A stretch of DNA of 64,000 bases from Pseudomonadota bacterium (lineage in GTDB: Bacteria; Pseudomonadota; Gammaproteobacteria; UBA9214), in the NCBI GenBank assembly GCA_039714975.1, contig JBDLIH010000001.1, positions 34,756 to 98,755 on the forward strand, given 5' to 3'. Positions 50,190 through 60,812 of this stretch are shown piece after piece (position 1 is the first letter of the stretch; every line of letters starts with the position of its first letter). The notes beneath the pieces were generated by a model. That model saw nothing but the letters and a program-made list of their open reading frames with translations. It searched no databases and was not told where the DNA came from. Made by a program: the position numbers and the translations under genes.

Positions 50190-50756
50190 CTAGGTCTTTG
50201 GCAGGGTCACGCCCTGCTGTCCCTGGTACTTGCCACCGCGGTCCTTGTAGGACGTTTCGCAGACTTCATCGGACTCCAGGAACAGTACTTGCGCCACGCC
50301 TTCGTTGGCATAGATCTTTGCAGGCAGGGGTGTGGTATTGGAAAACTCCAGTGTGACGTGTCCTTCCCATTCCGGTTCAAACGGCGTGACATTGACGATA
50401 ATGCCGCAGCGGGCATAGGTGGATTTACCGAGACAGATGGTAAGCACGTTGCGCGGAATACGGAAGTATTCAACCGTACGTGCCAGCGCAAACGAGTTCG
50501 GCGGGATGATGCAGACATCCGACTTCACATCGACAAAACTGTTGTCGTCAAAATTTTTCGGGTCCACGATGGCTGAATTAATATTCGTGAAAATCTTGAA
50601 CTCGTCGGAACAACGAATATCGTAACCATAACTGGAAGTCCCGTAGGACACGATGCGGCCGGCACCGTTTTCACGTACCTGCCCCGATTCAAACGGCTCG
50701 ATCATGCCGTGCTCCTCGGCCATGCGGCGGATCCATTTGTCCGATTTAATTGACAT
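50190..50756 (-). CDS. dcd: dCTP deaminase
   Basis: Start [22 protein letters not shown] (ATG 50756), 188 aa. dUTPase-like jelly-roll with [26 protein letters not shown]... matching Dcd. Confidence 0.9.
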   Translation of the reverse strand: MSIKSDKWIRRMAEEHGMIEPFESGQVRENGAGRIVSYGTSSYGYDIRCSDEFKIFTNINSAIVDPKNFDDNSFVDVKSDVCIIPPNSFALARTVEYFRIPRNVLTICLGKSTYARCGIIVNVTPFEPEWEGHVTLEFSNTTPLPAKIYANEGVAQVLFLESDEVCETSYKDRGGKYQGQQGVTLPKT

Positions 50757-50798
50757 GAATGCGTTTCCTTGTCTCAGCCAGCTATTCTGCCGAGCGTC

Positions 50799-50905
50799 GC
50801 TCCTGTGAGTGAAAGACAAGGCGAAAATCCACGGGGAAGCGGAGCGTACAAATAGTACGTGAGCATTTTCCGTGGATTTTTAACGCCGTATTTCGCCACA
50901 GGAGC
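50799..50905. repeat. Palindromic intergenic repeat, copy C (variant with AAATCCACGG core)
   Basis: GCTCCTGTG...GGCGAAAATCCACGGGGAAGCGGAGCGTAC AAATAG TACGTGAGCATTTTCCGTGGATTTTTAACGCCGTATTTCGCCACAGGAGC: near-symmetric about the centre. Shares the ATCCACGG / CCGTGGAT core with copies A, D and E. Confidence 0.65.
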
Positions 50906-50910
50906 GGGGC

Positions 50911-52002
50911 TCAGTCGTTCTGGATAACGATCTGCGGGAAGCGCGCCGCATAATCCTTGGTCTTCAGGGACAGCTTGGCGGCGGTGCGGCGAGCGATCTC
51001 GCAATAGATCTGTGAAATACGCGCATCGGGGTCGGCCACGACCGTAGGCTTGCCGGAATCGGTTTCTTCGCGGATACGCTTGTCCAGCGGCAGTGCGCCG
51101 AGGAAGTCGGCATTGTTCTCTTCCGACATGCGTTCACCGCCACCCTGGCCGAAGATGTACTCCTCATGGCCGCATTCGCTGCAGATATGAATACTCATGT
51201 TCTCGATTACACCCAGCACCGGCACTTCCACCTTCTCGAACATCTTCAGTCCCTTGCGCGCATCCAGCAAGGCAATGTCCTGCGGTGTCGTCACAATCAC
51301 GGCGCCGCTGACCGGCACCTGCTGTGCCAGGGTCAACTGGATGTCACCGGTACCCGGCGGCAGATCGACGACCAGATAATCCAGGTCCTTCCAGTTGGTG
51401 TCGTTCAGTAGTTGTTGCAGGGCCTGGGTCACCATCGGGCCACGCCAGATCATCGGTGTTTCTTCATCCACGAGGAAGCCAATAGACATGGCCTGCAGGT
51501 GGTAACTGTTCATGGGTTCCAGGGACTTGCCGTCCAGCGATTCCGGTTTGCCACTGACACCCAGCATGCGTGGCTGGCTCGGGCCGTAGATATCGGCATC
51601 CAGGATGCCGACCCTGGCGCCTTCGGCCGACAGCGCCAGTGCCAGGTTGACAGCGGTGGTGGATTTACCCACCCCGCCCTTGCCGGAGGCGATAGCGATA
51701 ATGTTCTTGATGCCCTCGATGTGCTTGACGCCTTTCTGGGCAGAATGCGCGGCTATCCTGGTGGACACATCAACAGCGGCGCTATTGATACCGTCGATGG
51801 ACTCGAGCAGTGCTTTCAGTTTCGCGGCCAGTTCATCGTGATAGCCTTTCGCGGGAAAACCCAGTACCACGGAGACTCCAGCCTTGTCACCATCGACCTT
51901 GATCTCCTTGACACTCTTGGTCGAAACCAGGTCTCGTTCCAGATAGGGGTCTATATAGGTTGCCAGTCGTTCTTCAACCTGGGCTTGGGTTACATCGGCC
52001 AT
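50911..52002 (-). CDS. apbC: Iron-sulfur cluster carrier protein ApbC/Mrp
   Basis: Start MADVTQAQVEERL (ATG 52002, GAGGAG RBS). Deviant Walker A GKGGVGKST, CxxC (CSECGHEE) at C-terminus. Divergent from metG as in E. coli mrp-metG. Confidence 0.9.
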   Translation of the reverse strand: MADVTQAQVEERLATYIDPYLERDLVSTKSVKEIKVDGDKAGVSVVLGFPAKGYHDELAAKLKALLESIDGINSAAVDVSTRIAAHSAQKGVKHIEGIKNIIAIASGKGGVGKSTTAVNLALALSAEGARVGILDADIYGPSQPRMLGVSGKPESLDGKSLEPMNSYHLQAMSIGFLVDEETPMIWRGPMVTQALQQLLNDTNWKDLDYLVVDLPPGTGDIQLTLAQQVPVSGAVIVTTPQDIALLDARKGLKMFEKVEVPVLGVIENMSIHICSECGHEEYIFGQGGGERMSEENNADFLGALPLDKRIREETDSGKPTVVADPDARISQIYCEIARRTAAKLSLKTKDYAARFPQIVIQND

Positions 52003-52201
52003 CGCTACACTCCTCGGGAAATCACACGCCGGCCTGACGGCCGGTGAAAATTGACCGCGCATTGTACACGAACTTGCCGGCACCGTCCCGGCGTCGACAA
52101 ATACAGACACCACCGCATGTCCGCACGAACGACAGGTCTATGGCATAATTGGCGCCCGAATATTCATACATGTTTCAGGGTTTTATTCCCGACACCCGCA
52201 A

Positions 52202-54241
52202 ATGAGTCAAGAAAAGCGCACAATTCTGGTCACCAGCGCCCTGCCCTATGCCAACGGGCCTATCCACATTGGCCACCTGGTAGAATACATCCAGACAGAC
52301 ATCTGGGTGCGATTCCAGAAACTGCGCGGGCACGACTGCCGCTATGTCTGTGCGGATGATGCGCACGGCACCCCCATCATGCTGCGTGCCCGCCAGGAAG
52401 GCATTACCCCGGAGGCACTGATTGCGGCATCAGCTCAGGAGCACCAGGCGGATTTTGCCGACTTCAGCGTCGGATTTGATAATTATCACTCCACCCATTC
52501 AGACGAAAACCGCCGCCTGTCTGCACAGGTGTTTGAGCGTAACCAGGCAGCCGGGCATATCTCGGAGCGCACCATCACCCAGGCCTATGATGCACAGGAG
52601 AACATGTTCCTGCCGGACCGTTTCATCAAGGGTGAATGTCCGAAGTGCGGTGCAGCCGACCAGTACGGTGACAATTGCGAGGCCTGTGGCGCCACCTACT
52701 CGCCCACCGAATTAAAGAACGCGGTATCAGCCATCTCCGGTACCACCCCCGTTGAAAAGGAAACCGAGCACCTGTTCTTCAAGCTGACTGACTTCGAGGG
52801 CATGTTGAAGGAGTGGATCAAGGCGGGCCACCTGCAGCCGGAAGTCGCCCACAAGGTGGAAGAATGGTTCAGGGATGGCCTGCAGGAATGGGGCATCTCA
52901 CGGGATGCACCCTACTTCGGTTTCGAGATCCCCGGTCATCCGGACAAGTATTTCTATGTCTGGATGGATGCGCCCATCGGTTACATGGCGAGCTTCCAGA
53001 ATCTCTGTGAGCGCACCGCGGGTCTGGACTTCGAGCGCTACTGGAACAGTGGCTCCGATACCGAGCTGTACCATTTTATTGGCAAGGACATTATCAACTT
53101 CCATGCACTGTTCTGGCCGGCCATGCTCAGCGGTGCGGGTTTCCGCACACCGACTGCAATTTATGCACACGGCTTCCTCACCGTTGACGGCCAGAAGATG
53201 TCCAAGTCGCGTGGCACCTTTATCAAGGCACGGACCTACCTGGACCATTTGAATCCGGAATATCTGCGCTACTACTTTGCCGCCAAGCTCGGCAGCGGCG
53301 TGGATGATATCGACCTGAATCTGGAAGACTTTGTGGCACGGGTTAACAGCGATCTCGTAGGCAAGGTCGTCAATATCGCCAGCCGTTGCGCCGGTTTTAT
53401 AAACAAGCGCTTTGCGGGACGCCTGGCAGATGATTGCAGCGAAGCCGAACTGTATCAATCCTTCGTCACAGAAAGTAATAACATCGCCGCTGATTACGAG
53501 AACCGCGAGTTCGGTCATGCCCTGCGCAAGATCATGGCGCTGGCCGACAGGGCCAACCAGTACATCGATGCCAACAAACCCTGGGTACTGGCAAAACAGG
53601 AAGGCCAGGAACAGGCCGTCCAGGATGCCTGCAGTGTCGGGCTGAATTTATTCCGGGTACTGATAACCTGGCTGCAACCGGTGTTGCCGGTCATGGCAGC
53701 CGAGGCAGAAACCTTTCTGAATATTCCAGCCATGACCTGGGACGCCATTGAGACGCCCCTGACCGGTCACACCATCAACAAATTCAAACCGCTGATGACG
53801 CGTGTTGAACAGGAGAAAATAGATGCCATGCTGGAAGATTCCAAAGACAGTCTCGGGGACAATGCGGCTCAGGCAGAAGCAACAACGGGTCCACTGAAAG
53901 ATGACCCGATTGCGGAGACCATCAGCTTCGAGGATTTTGCGAAGCTGGATCTGCGCATCGCACGCATTACCGGGGCATCACACGTCGAGGGTGCCGACAA
54001 GTTGCTGCAGCTGACACTCGATATCGGTGGCGAGACCCGCAATGTCTTTGCCGGCATCAAATCCGCCTATACGCCTGAAGCACTGCAGGGCAAACTAACC
54101 GTCATGGTCGCCAACCTCGCCCCGCGCAAGATGCGCTTTGGTCTCTCCGATGGCATGGTGCTGGCGGCCGGCCCGGGCGGCAGTGAGCTGTTTGTGCTGC
54201 ACCCCGACGAGGGCGCACAGCCCGGAATGCGCGTCAAGTAG
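52202..54241 (+). CDS. metG: Methionine--tRNA ligase
   Basis: [22 protein letters not shown] (HIGH), KMSKS, zinc knuckle [19 protein letters not shown]-terminal EMAP/tRNA-binding domain. 679 aa. Confidence 0.96.
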   Translation: MSQEKRTILVTSALPYANGPIHIGHLVEYIQTDIWVRFQKLRGHDCRYVCADDAHGTPIMLRARQEGITPEALIAASAQEHQADFADFSVGFDNYHSTHSDENRRLSAQVFERNQAAGHISERTITQAYDAQENMFLPDRFIKGECPKCGAADQYGDNCEACGATYSPTELKNAVSAISGTTPVEKETEHLFFKLTDFEGMLKEWIKAGHLQPEVAHKVEEWFRDGLQEWGISRDAPYFGFEIPGHPDKYFYVWMDAPIGYMASFQNLCERTAGLDFERYWNSGSDTELYHFIGKDIINFHALFWPAMLSGAGFRTPTAIYAHGFLTVDGQKMSKSRGTFIKARTYLDHLNPEYLRYYFAAKLGSGVDDIDLNLEDFVARVNSDLVGKVVNIASRCAGFINKRFAGRLADDCSEAELYQSFVTESNNIAADYENREFGHALRKIMALADRANQYIDANKPWVLAKQEGQEQAVQDACSVGLNLFRVLITWLQPVLPVMAAEAETFLNIPAMTWDAIETPLTGHTINKFKPLMTRVEQEKIDAMLEDSKDSLGDNAAQAEATTGPLKDDPIAETISFEDFAKLDLRIARITGASHVEGADKLLQLTLDIGGETRNVFAGIKSAYTPEALQGKLTVMVANLAPRKMRFGLSDGMVLAAGPGGSELFVLHPDEGAQPGMRVK

Positions 54242-54262
54242 ACAACGTAACTAACTGATATA

Positions 54263-54844
54263 ATGACAGAACTTGCCCTGATCCTTATCAGCACCGTACT
54301 GGTCAATAACTTTGTGCTGGTGAAATTCCTCGGCCTGTGCCCGTTCATGGGCGTGTCGCGCAGCGTCGATACCGCCACCGGTATGGCACTGGCAACCACC
54401 TTCGTTCTGACACTGTCTTCCATCTGCAGCTACCTCGCCAATGAATATTTACTGGAGCCGCTGGGGCTGGAGTATCTGCGTACCGTGACCTTTATCCTGG
54501 TAATTGCCGCCGTGGTGCAATTCACCGAAATGGTGGTGCACAAGACCAGCCCGCTGCTCTACAAGGTGCTGGGTATCTTTCTGCCACTGATCACGACCAA
54601 CTGCGCCGTACTCGGCGTGGCGTTATTGAACGTCCAGCAACATTTTAATTTTATTGAATCGGCCGTCTACGGCTTTGGTGCCGCTGTCGGTTTTTCAATG
54701 GTACTGATTCTTTTCTCTTCCATTCGTGAACGGGTCGCCGCCGCCGATGTCCCGGTACCGTTCCGCGGTTCTGCCATTGCACTGGTAACCGCCGGTCTCA
54801 TGTCGCTGGCATTCATGGGCTTTTCCGGACTTATCAAAGGGTAA
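54263..54844 (+). CDS. rnfA: Electron transport complex subunit RnfA/RsxA
   Basis: 193 aa, 6 TM. Near-colinear with RnfA. Confidence 0.93.
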   Translation: MTELALILISTVLVNNFVLVKFLGLCPFMGVSRSVDTATGMALATTFVLTLSSICSYLANEYLLEPLGLEYLRTVTFILVIAAVVQFTEMVVHKTSPLLYKVLGIFLPLITTNCAVLGVALLNVQQHFNFIESAVYGFGAAVGFSMVLILFSSIRERVAAADVPVPFRGSAIALVTAGLMSLAFMGFSGLIKG

Positions 54845-54867
54845 GCGCCGCTTTCTGGTTTGATGTC

Positions 54868-55428
54868 ATGCTAAGCGCAATCATTGCATTAGGGATACTT
54901 GCCGCACTGATTGGCCTGGTGCTGGGTTATTCGGCGATTCGTTTTCATGTCGACAGTGACCCGGTGGTTGATCAGATCGATGCCCTGTTACCGCAAACCC
55001 AGTGCGGTCAATGCACCTATGCGGGTTGTCGTCCCTATGCAGAAGCCATGGCGGCAGGTGAAGCAGACATCAACCAGTGCCCGCCGGGCGGTGAGGCCAC
55101 CATCCAGGCGCTCGCCGATTTGCTGGGTGTGGATCCCAAGCCGCTGAACCCCGAGCACGGCGAGCATTCAGAAAAAACGGTGGTGATCATTGATGAACAG
55201 GTCTGCATTGGTTGTACCTTGTGTATACAGGCCTGTCCGGTTGATGCCATCGTGGGCGCCGCCAAACAGATGCATACCGTAATCCGCAGTGAATGCACCG
55301 GCTGCGACCTTTGCATCCCGCCCTGCCCGGTCGAGTGTATCCATGTCGTCCCGCTTAAACCCACAATTGGCAGCTGGGTCTGGCCGAAACCATCCGGGCA
55401 GATGTTGAGGGAAGTACAACATGGTTGA
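54868..55428 (+). CDS. rnfB: Electron transport complex subunit RnfB
   Basis: N-terminal TM, CxxC cluster (CGQCTYAGC) and two 4Fe-4S ferredoxin motifs ([24 protein letters not shown]). Confidence 0.92.
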   Translation: MLSAIIALGILAALIGLVLGYSAIRFHVDSDPVVDQIDALLPQTQCGQCTYAGCRPYAEAMAAGEADINQCPPGGEATIQALADLLGVDPKPLNPEHGEHSEKTVVIIDEQVCIGCTLCIQACPVDAIVGAAKQMHTVIRSECTGCDLCIPPCPVECIHVVPLKPTIGSWVWPKPSGQMLREVQHG

Positions 55429-57088
55429 GTCCGCTGTCAGTTTCAGCCGGCCACCCGTGTCGTCGTTCGATCGCCTTTATACTTTCCACGGCGGGCTGAA
55501 ACTGCCCGGTCACCGGGAAGTCTCTGCAGCAAGGCCGATTCTGTCGGCCGGCGTGCCAGCAGTCCTGGTATTACCACTGCAGCAGCACATAGGAGAGCCG
55601 GCTGAATGCCTGGTCCAGCCCGGTGACATCGTGTACAAGGGCCAGCTGATTGCTCAACAGGTCGGTGTAGTCAGTGCCGCCGTGCATGCATCGAGTTCCG
55701 GCACGGTCACCGCGGTTGAAGAACGCCCGGTCCCCCACCCTTCGGGCCTGCAGGCACCCTGCATCATCATCGAGACCGATGGACTGGATCGTTACCCGGA
55801 AGACGAAATAACGGCACTTGATTATTCCTGCATGGAACCGCAAGAGCTCTGCGCCCACATCCGCCGTGCCGGTATTGTCGGTCTCGGGGGGGCCGGATTC
55901 CCCACGCAGGCCAAACTGGGGTGCGGTAAACACAAAATCGACCTGCTGCTGATTAATGCCGTCGAGTGCGAACCCTATATCACCTGCGACAACCGGCTGA
56001 TACAGGAGCGTGCGACCGAGGTCATCGAAGGTGTCAGGGTACTGCAACATGCCGTGCAGGCAGACAACTGCATCATTGCCGTTGAGGACGACATGACGGC
56101 AGCCGAACAGGCATTGCACACGGCACTGGCAGCAAGCAATGAAACCGGCATCAAGGTGACACGGGTGCCGGAAGTCTACCCGAGTGGCGGGGAACGCCAG
56201 CTGATCAGGATACTCACCGGACGTGAAGTCCCCAGCCAGGGATTTCCGTCAGACATCGGCATTATTTGCCAGAATGTCGGTACTGCCGCGGCGGTCTACA
56301 ACGCCGTTATAAAACAGCAACCGCTGCTGTCCCGCATTGTCACAGTGACCGGTGACGGCGTGGCACAGCAACAGAACTTCGAAACACTGATCGGCACACC
56401 TGTCAGTCACATGATTGCGGCCGCTGGTGGCTATACGAAAGATGTAGAGCGCTTGCTCATCGGCGGTCCCATGATGGGTTTTACCGTCCCCGTCGACAAT
56501 GTTCCTGTCACCAAGACCCTCAACTGCATACTGGCGGTCACCCGCGAGGAAATGCCTGCGCCACCACCGGCACAAGCCTGCATCCGCTGCGGCAAATGTA
56601 CCGAGGTATGCCCTGCCGACCTGTTGCCACAGCAGCTGTACTGGTATGCGCGCAGCAGCAATCAGGATGCTGCCCAGGATTACAACCTGTTTGATTGCAT
56701 CGAATGCGGCTGTTGCGCCCATGTCTGTCCGAGTCATATACCGCTGGTACAGTATTATCGCCACGCCAAATCAGAAATCTGGATGAAGGAAAAGCAGACA
56801 AAGGCCTCAGACATCGCACGGCAACGGCACGAGGCCCACCTCAATCGGCTGGCTCGTATCAAGCAGGAACGTGCCGAGCGCATGGCCAAAAAGAAACAGG
56901 CATTATCAAGCGATGGTGGCAGCAGCGATAAAAAGAAGGCCGCCATAGAAGCAGCGCTGGAACGGGTAAAACAGAAAAAGGAAAAGGCCAACACGATACC
57001 TAAAAACGTGGAAAACCTGACTACCGAACAGCAGCAGCTAATTGATGCAGTTGATAAACGACGCCAGCATAAAAACGACACTGACTAA
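55421..57088 (+). CDS. rnfC: Electron transport complex subunit RnfC
   Basis: NADH/FMN-binding GLGGAGFPT, two ferredoxin-like Cys clusters ([24 protein letters not shown]), Lys/Ala-rich C-terminal tail. Confidence 0.92.
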   Translation: MVESAVSFSRPPVSSFDRLYTFHGGLKLPGHREVSAARPILSAGVPAVLVLPLQQHIGEPAECLVQPGDIVYKGQLIAQQVGVVSAAVHASSSGTVTAVEERPVPHPSGLQAPCIIIETDGLDRYPEDEITALDYSCMEPQELCAHIRRAGIVGLGGAGFPTQAKLGCGKHKIDLLLINAVECEPYITCDNRLIQERATEVIEGVRVLQHAVQADNCIIAVEDDMTAAEQALHTALAASNETGIKVTRVPEVYPSGGERQLIRILTGREVPSQGFPSDIGIICQNVGTAAAVYNAVIKQQPLLSRIVTVTGDGVAQQQNFETLIGTPVSHMIAAAGGYTKDVERLLIGGPMMGFTVPVDNVPVTKTLNCILAVTREEMPAPPPAQACIRCGKCTEVCPADLLPQQLYWYARSSNQDAAQDYNLFDCIECGCCAHVCPSHIPLVQYYRHAKSEIWMKEKQTKASDIARQRHEAHLNRLARIKQERAERMAKKKQALSSDGGSSDKKKAAIEAALERVKQKKEKANTIPKNVENLTTEQQQLIDAVDKRRQHKNDTD

Positions 57089-58104
57089 TGGAATTCAAAA
57101 CCTACAGCTCACCGCACCTGCCGGTTTCCAACAGCGTCACGACCATGATGCGGCGTGTGATGATTGCACTGCTGCCCGGTACCGTGTGTGTCACCTGGCT
57201 ATTTGGCTGGGGCATTGTGATCAATATCCTGCTGGCCGGCCTGACCGCGCTTGTTGCTGAAGCCGCAATACTGGCGTTGCGCAGGCGCCCCGTGACGACA
57301 CTGATGGATGGTAGCGCACTGGTCACCGGGGTACTGCTGGCACTGGCACTGCCGCCACTGACCCCGTGGTGGATTCCCGTCATCGGCAGTCTGTTTGCCA
57401 TTGTGATCGCAAAACAACTTTATGGCGGACTTGGGTACAACCCGTTCAACCCGGCCATGGCCGGATATGTGGTACTGCTGATTTCCTTTCCACTGGAACT
57501 GACGCTGTGGTCTGCACCCGGTGCACATTTCGGATTTACTGATACATTGATCCATGCATTTACCGGCAACCTGCCCGCAGACCAGACGATGGATGCACTG
57601 ACCATGGCCACCCCCATGGATAGCATCAAGACACGCCTGGGTCTGAGCGAAACACTCAGCGAGATACACGGCAGCCCCCTGTTTGGCAGTTTCGCAGGGG
57701 CCGGCTGGGAATGGATCAACCTGTGGTTCCTGCTCGGTGGTTTATGGTTACTGCAAATGAAGGTCATCCAGTGGCAGATTCCGGCCGGTATGCTGGCTGG
57801 CCTGGCGTTCATCGCCTTCGTGTTCTACGCCATCAACCCCGACGTCTACACCACGCCGTTATTTCAGCTGTTCAGTGGTGCCGCCATGCTGGGGGCCTTT
57901 TTTATTGCAACAGACCCGGTGTCCGCCTGCACCACACCCCGTGGGCGTCTCTACTATGGTCTCGGTATCGGCCTGCTGACGTACATCATCCGTACCTGGG
58001 GTGGTTACCCTGATGGCGTTGCCTTCGCAGTGCTGTTGATGAATATGGCGGCACCAACCATTGACCACTACACACGACCACACGTGTTTGGTCATGACGA
58101 ATAG
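57088..58104 (+). CDS. rnfD: Electron transport complex subunit RnfD
   Basis: 338 aa polytopic, FMN-attachment region, RnfD/NqrB family. Confidence 0.92.
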   Translation: MEFKTYSSPHLPVSNSVTTMMRRVMIALLPGTVCVTWLFGWGIVINILLAGLTALVAEAAILALRRRPVTTLMDGSALVTGVLLALALPPLTPWWIPVIGSLFAIVIAKQLYGGLGYNPFNPAMAGYVVLLISFPLELTLWSAPGAHFGFTDTLIHAFTGNLPADQTMDALTMATPMDSIKTRLGLSETLSEIHGSPLFGSFAGAGWEWINLWFLLGGLWLLQMKVIQWQIPAGMLAGLAFIAFVFYAINPDVYTTPLFQLFSGAAMLGAFFIATDPVSACTTPRGRLYYGLGIGLLTYIIRTWGGYPDGVAFAVLLMNMAAPTIDHYTRPHVFGHDE

Positions 58105-58109
58105 CTGCC

Positions 58110-58736
58110 ATGCAGTATCGCCAGATAATCATCACCACCATCATCCTGCTGCTGTTTGCCGTGATCGGTACCACCCTGGTGGCCTTCACCTTTGACAAGA
58201 CCCGTGAACAGATCGCCGCCAATGAACGCGCCACCCTGCTACGTAAACTGCATCGCCTGATCACACCGGACCAGCATGACAACATGCTGCTGGAAGACGC
58301 CGTATCTGTCGCGGATGAAGCACTGCTCGGCACTGATAAACCTGTCATGGTTTACCGTGCCCGCAAGGACGGTGAACCGGTCGCGCTGGTGATCGCGGCC
58401 ATTGCACCGGATGGATACAGCGGTTCTATCAAGATACTGGTCGGCATCAATGTAGACGGTTCCCTGAGCGGTGTGCGCGTGGTTGCCCACCGCGAAACCC
58501 CCGGCCTCGGCGACGCCATTGATGAAGCCCGCTCGGACTGGATACACATTTTTGATGGCAAATCACTGCAATCACCCGTCATAAGCCGCTGGGCTGTGAA
58601 GAAAGACGGTGGCGATTTTGATCAACTGACCGGCGCCACCATCACCCCGCGTGCCATGGTTAGAGCAGTGCGTAATGCCCTGCTATACTACCGTGACCAT
58701 CAGGAAGAATTGTTTGCACCAGCAGCACCAGATTAA
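58110..58736 (+). CDS. rnfG: Electron transport complex subunit RnfG
   Basis: N-terminal TM, FMN-binding domain with TGATITPRA (covalent FMN Thr). Confidence 0.9.
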   Translation: MQYRQIIITTIILLLFAVIGTTLVAFTFDKTREQIAANERATLLRKLHRLITPDQHDNMLLEDAVSVADEALLGTDKPVMVYRARKDGEPVALVIAAIAPDGYSGSIKILVGINVDGSLSGVRVVAHRETPGLGDAIDEARSDWIHIFDGKSLQSPVISRWAVKKDGGDFDQLTGATITPRAMVRAVRNALLYYRDHQEELFAPAAPD

Positions 58737-58852
58737 GCTGAGTGCCGGATTTTTTAATGGCCACGAAATCCACGGAAGAACACGGAAATATTTCTTAAAA
58801 GGCCTTTATTTTTTCGTGGTTTTCGTGGATTCCGGGGCTGATTTTTTTGCTT
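58735..58852. repeat. Palindromic intergenic repeat, copy D (CACGRAA-heptad family), inserted between rnfG and rnfE
   Basis: AAGCTGAGTGCCGGATTTTTTAATGGCCACGAAATCCACGGAAGAACACGGAAA - loop TATTTCTTAAAAGGCCTTTATT - TTTTCGTGGTTTTCGTGGATTCCGGGGC. Begins in the rnfG stop codon. The rnfG-rnfE spacer (146 bp) is the only large gap in the rnf operon. Confidence 0.75.
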
Positions 58853-58881
58853 TTTCAGATTGAATCAGTAGAGGCAGGCAG

Positions 58882-59571
58882 ATGAGCGAGCCAGGCTACA
58901 CACACATTCTCAAAGAGGGCTTATGGGTCAACAACCCGGGCCTGGTACAACTGCTGGGCCTGTGCCCCCTGCTGGCCGTCACCACCAACGCCATCAACGG
59001 ACTGGGGCTGGGTCTTGCCACCCTGCTGACACTGGTTGCCTCCAACGTGACCGTGTCACTGATTCGTAACGTGGTCCGGCCCGAAGTACGCATCCCGGTT
59101 TTCGTACTCGTGATCGCTTCGATTGTCACAGTCATTGAACTGGCAATGAATGCCTGGCTGCATGACCTCTACCTGATCCTGGGGATTTTTATCCCCCTGA
59201 TCGTCACCAATTGCTCCATTATCGGCCGTGCAGAATCCTTTGCCTCCAGACAGTCCGTGGACCGCGCCTTGCTGGACGGACTGGCAATGGGTGCCGGCTT
59301 CACCCTGGTACTGGTCGCCCTGGGTGGCCTGCGTGAACTCATCGGTCAAGGCACCCTGCTGTCGCAGGCCCACCTGATGTTCGGTGAATTCGGGCATCAC
59401 CTGACGCTGACACTGATCGACGATTACCATGGTTTCCTGCTGGCTATCTTGCCGCCGGGTGCATTCCTCGGTCTGGGCTTCCTGATTGCCGGCATGAATA
59501 TCATCAATGCCCGCCGCGAGCGCAAGGCTGCGCGTGTAACCGCAACGACCGCGCAACCGGTAAACGCCTGA
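58882..59571 (+). CDS. rnfE: Electron transport complex subunit RnfE
   Basis: 229 aa, 6 TM, RnfE/NqrD family ([24 protein letters not shown]). Confidence 0.92.
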   Translation: MSEPGYTHILKEGLWVNNPGLVQLLGLCPLLAVTTNAINGLGLGLATLLTLVASNVTVSLIRNVVRPEVRIPVFVLVIASIVTVIELAMNAWLHDLYLILGIFIPLIVTNCSIIGRAESFASRQSVDRALLDGLAMGAGFTLVLVALGGLRELIGQGTLLSQAHLMFGEFGHHLTLTLIDDYHGFLLAILPPGAFLGLGFLIAGMNIINARRERKAARVTATTAQPVNA

Positions 59572-59587
59572 TCGTTTCTGGCAGACC

Positions 59588-60223
59588 ATGAACCGCGCCA
59601 GGCGCCAGGAAATCTTCACGCGGCTGCGAGATGCGAATCCGGAGCCGACCACCGAGCTCCTGTATGGCAATCCATTCCAGCTACTGATCGCCGTCATCCT
59701 GTCAGCACAATCGACCGACGTGGGTGTCAACAAGGCTACCCGCCCGCTGTATAAAAAGATCAAGACACCGCGCGCCATGCTAAAACTCGGTGAAAATGGT
59801 CTCCGGGACTATATAAAAACCATCGGACTGTTCAACACCAAGGCAAAAAACATCATCAAGACCTGTGCCATCCTGGATAAACAGCATGGAGGCAAGGTGC
59901 CAGAGGACCGTGCCGCTCTGGAGGCCCTGCCCGGTGTCGGGCGCAAGACGGCCAATGTGGTACTGAACACGGCCTTCGGCCATCCGACGATTGCTGTGGA
60001 TACCCATATCTTCCGGGTGTCCAACCGCACCGGCATCGCGCCAGGCAAGAATGTCGCCGAAGTCGAGAAACGCCTGCTGCGACTGGTGCCGGATGAATTC
60101 AGGCAGGATGCCCACCACTGGTTGATCCTGCACGGGCGTTATACCTGTGTCGCCCGCAAACCACGTTGCCAGTCATGCTGCATCTCTGACCTGTGCGAAT
60201 ACAAGGACAAGAACCTGGACTAG
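59588..60223 (+). CDS. nth: Endonuclease III
   Basis: HhH-GPD LPGVGRKTANVVL, catalytic K/D, and 4Fe-4S CVARKPRCQSCCISDLC. 211 aa. Follows rnfE as in E. coli. Confidence 0.94.
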   Translation: MNRARRQEIFTRLRDANPEPTTELLYGNPFQLLIAVILSAQSTDVGVNKATRPLYKKIKTPRAMLKLGENGLRDYIKTIGLFNTKAKNIIKTCAILDKQHGGKVPEDRAALEALPGVGRKTANVVLNTAFGHPTIAVDTHIFRVSNRTGIAPGKNVAEVEKRLLRLVPDEFRQDAHHWLILHGRYTCVARKPRCQSCCISDLCEYKDKNLD

Positions 60224-60453
60224 ATCAATATCTTTGCAGCTATTGTAACTCACTGATATTCTGCTATATTTGTAACCATCTTCATGAATATCCATCATCA
60301 CAAGCCATAACTTCAGGCACAGACTTCGCATCCAGAAACTTTTTGATTGAGTCAATGTCGTATTTGTTGACGCAACAACAGGTCGTGGCAAACGACCGGA
60401 ACACCCGGGGCATCTGCCCTGCTTTATATTAAACTCACATGGAGGCATTTCTA

Positions 60454-60792
60454 ATGTCACAAAAAGCTTTAAAGAAACCCCTGGCCATTGCCCTTGGTGC
60501 CGCATTCGTAACTTCTCTGGCCGGTACCCCGGTTGCCAATGCGGCGGAAAACCCGTTTGCCATGTCCGAGCTGTCCAGCGGCTACGTAGTAGCCGAGATG
60601 GAAGAAGGCAAGTGCGGCGAAGGCAAGTGCGGCGGCGACAAGGCCAAGAAAGAAGGCAAGTGCGGCGGTGACAAGGCCGCCACTGAAGACAAGGCCACAG
60701 CAGAAGGCAAGTGCGGTGAAGGCAAGTGCGGTGGCGAGAAGAAAGTGGAAGAAGGCAAGTGCGGTGAAGGCAAGTGCGGCGCTAGCAAGTAA
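60454..60792 (+). CDS. Secreted Cys-repeat RiPP precursor peptide (bufferin-like, EGKCG-repeat type)
   Basis: ATG 60454 with GGAGG RBS (M6 of track ORF). Sec signal MSQKALKKPLAIALGAAFVTSLAGTPVANA|AENPF..., then 7 Cys in EGKCGEGKCGG / EGKCGG modules. Directly upstream of the DUF692 and DUF2063 genes. Confidence 0.7.
   Translation: MSQKALKKPLAIALGAAFVTSLAGTPVANAAENPFAMSELSSGYVVAEMEEGKCGEGKCGGDKAKKEGKCGGDKAATEDKATAEGKCGEGKCGGEKKVEEGKCGEGKCGASK
60604..60790 (+). repeat. Tandem 15 bp coding repeats (GAAGGCAAGTGCGGN, 7 copies) inside the precursor gene
   Basis: gaaggcaagtgcggcgaaggcaagtgcggcggc ... gaaggcaagtgcggtgaaggcaagtgcggt...: visible by eye. Generates the antisense artefact ORF 60582..61004 (PHLPSPHLPS repeats). 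Confidence 0.8.
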
Positions 60793-60812
60793 TTTAACCG
60801 CTCTGTCTTGTT

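Noticed and set aside
51412-52047. 211 aa plus-strand ORF
   Set aside because: Antisense to apbC/mrp, whose P-loop protein is unambiguous on the minus strand.
52898-53518. 206 aa minus-strand ORF
   Set aside because: Antisense to metG.
55571-56764. Minus-strand ORFs 55571..56119 and 56249..56764
   Set aside because: Antisense to rnfC.
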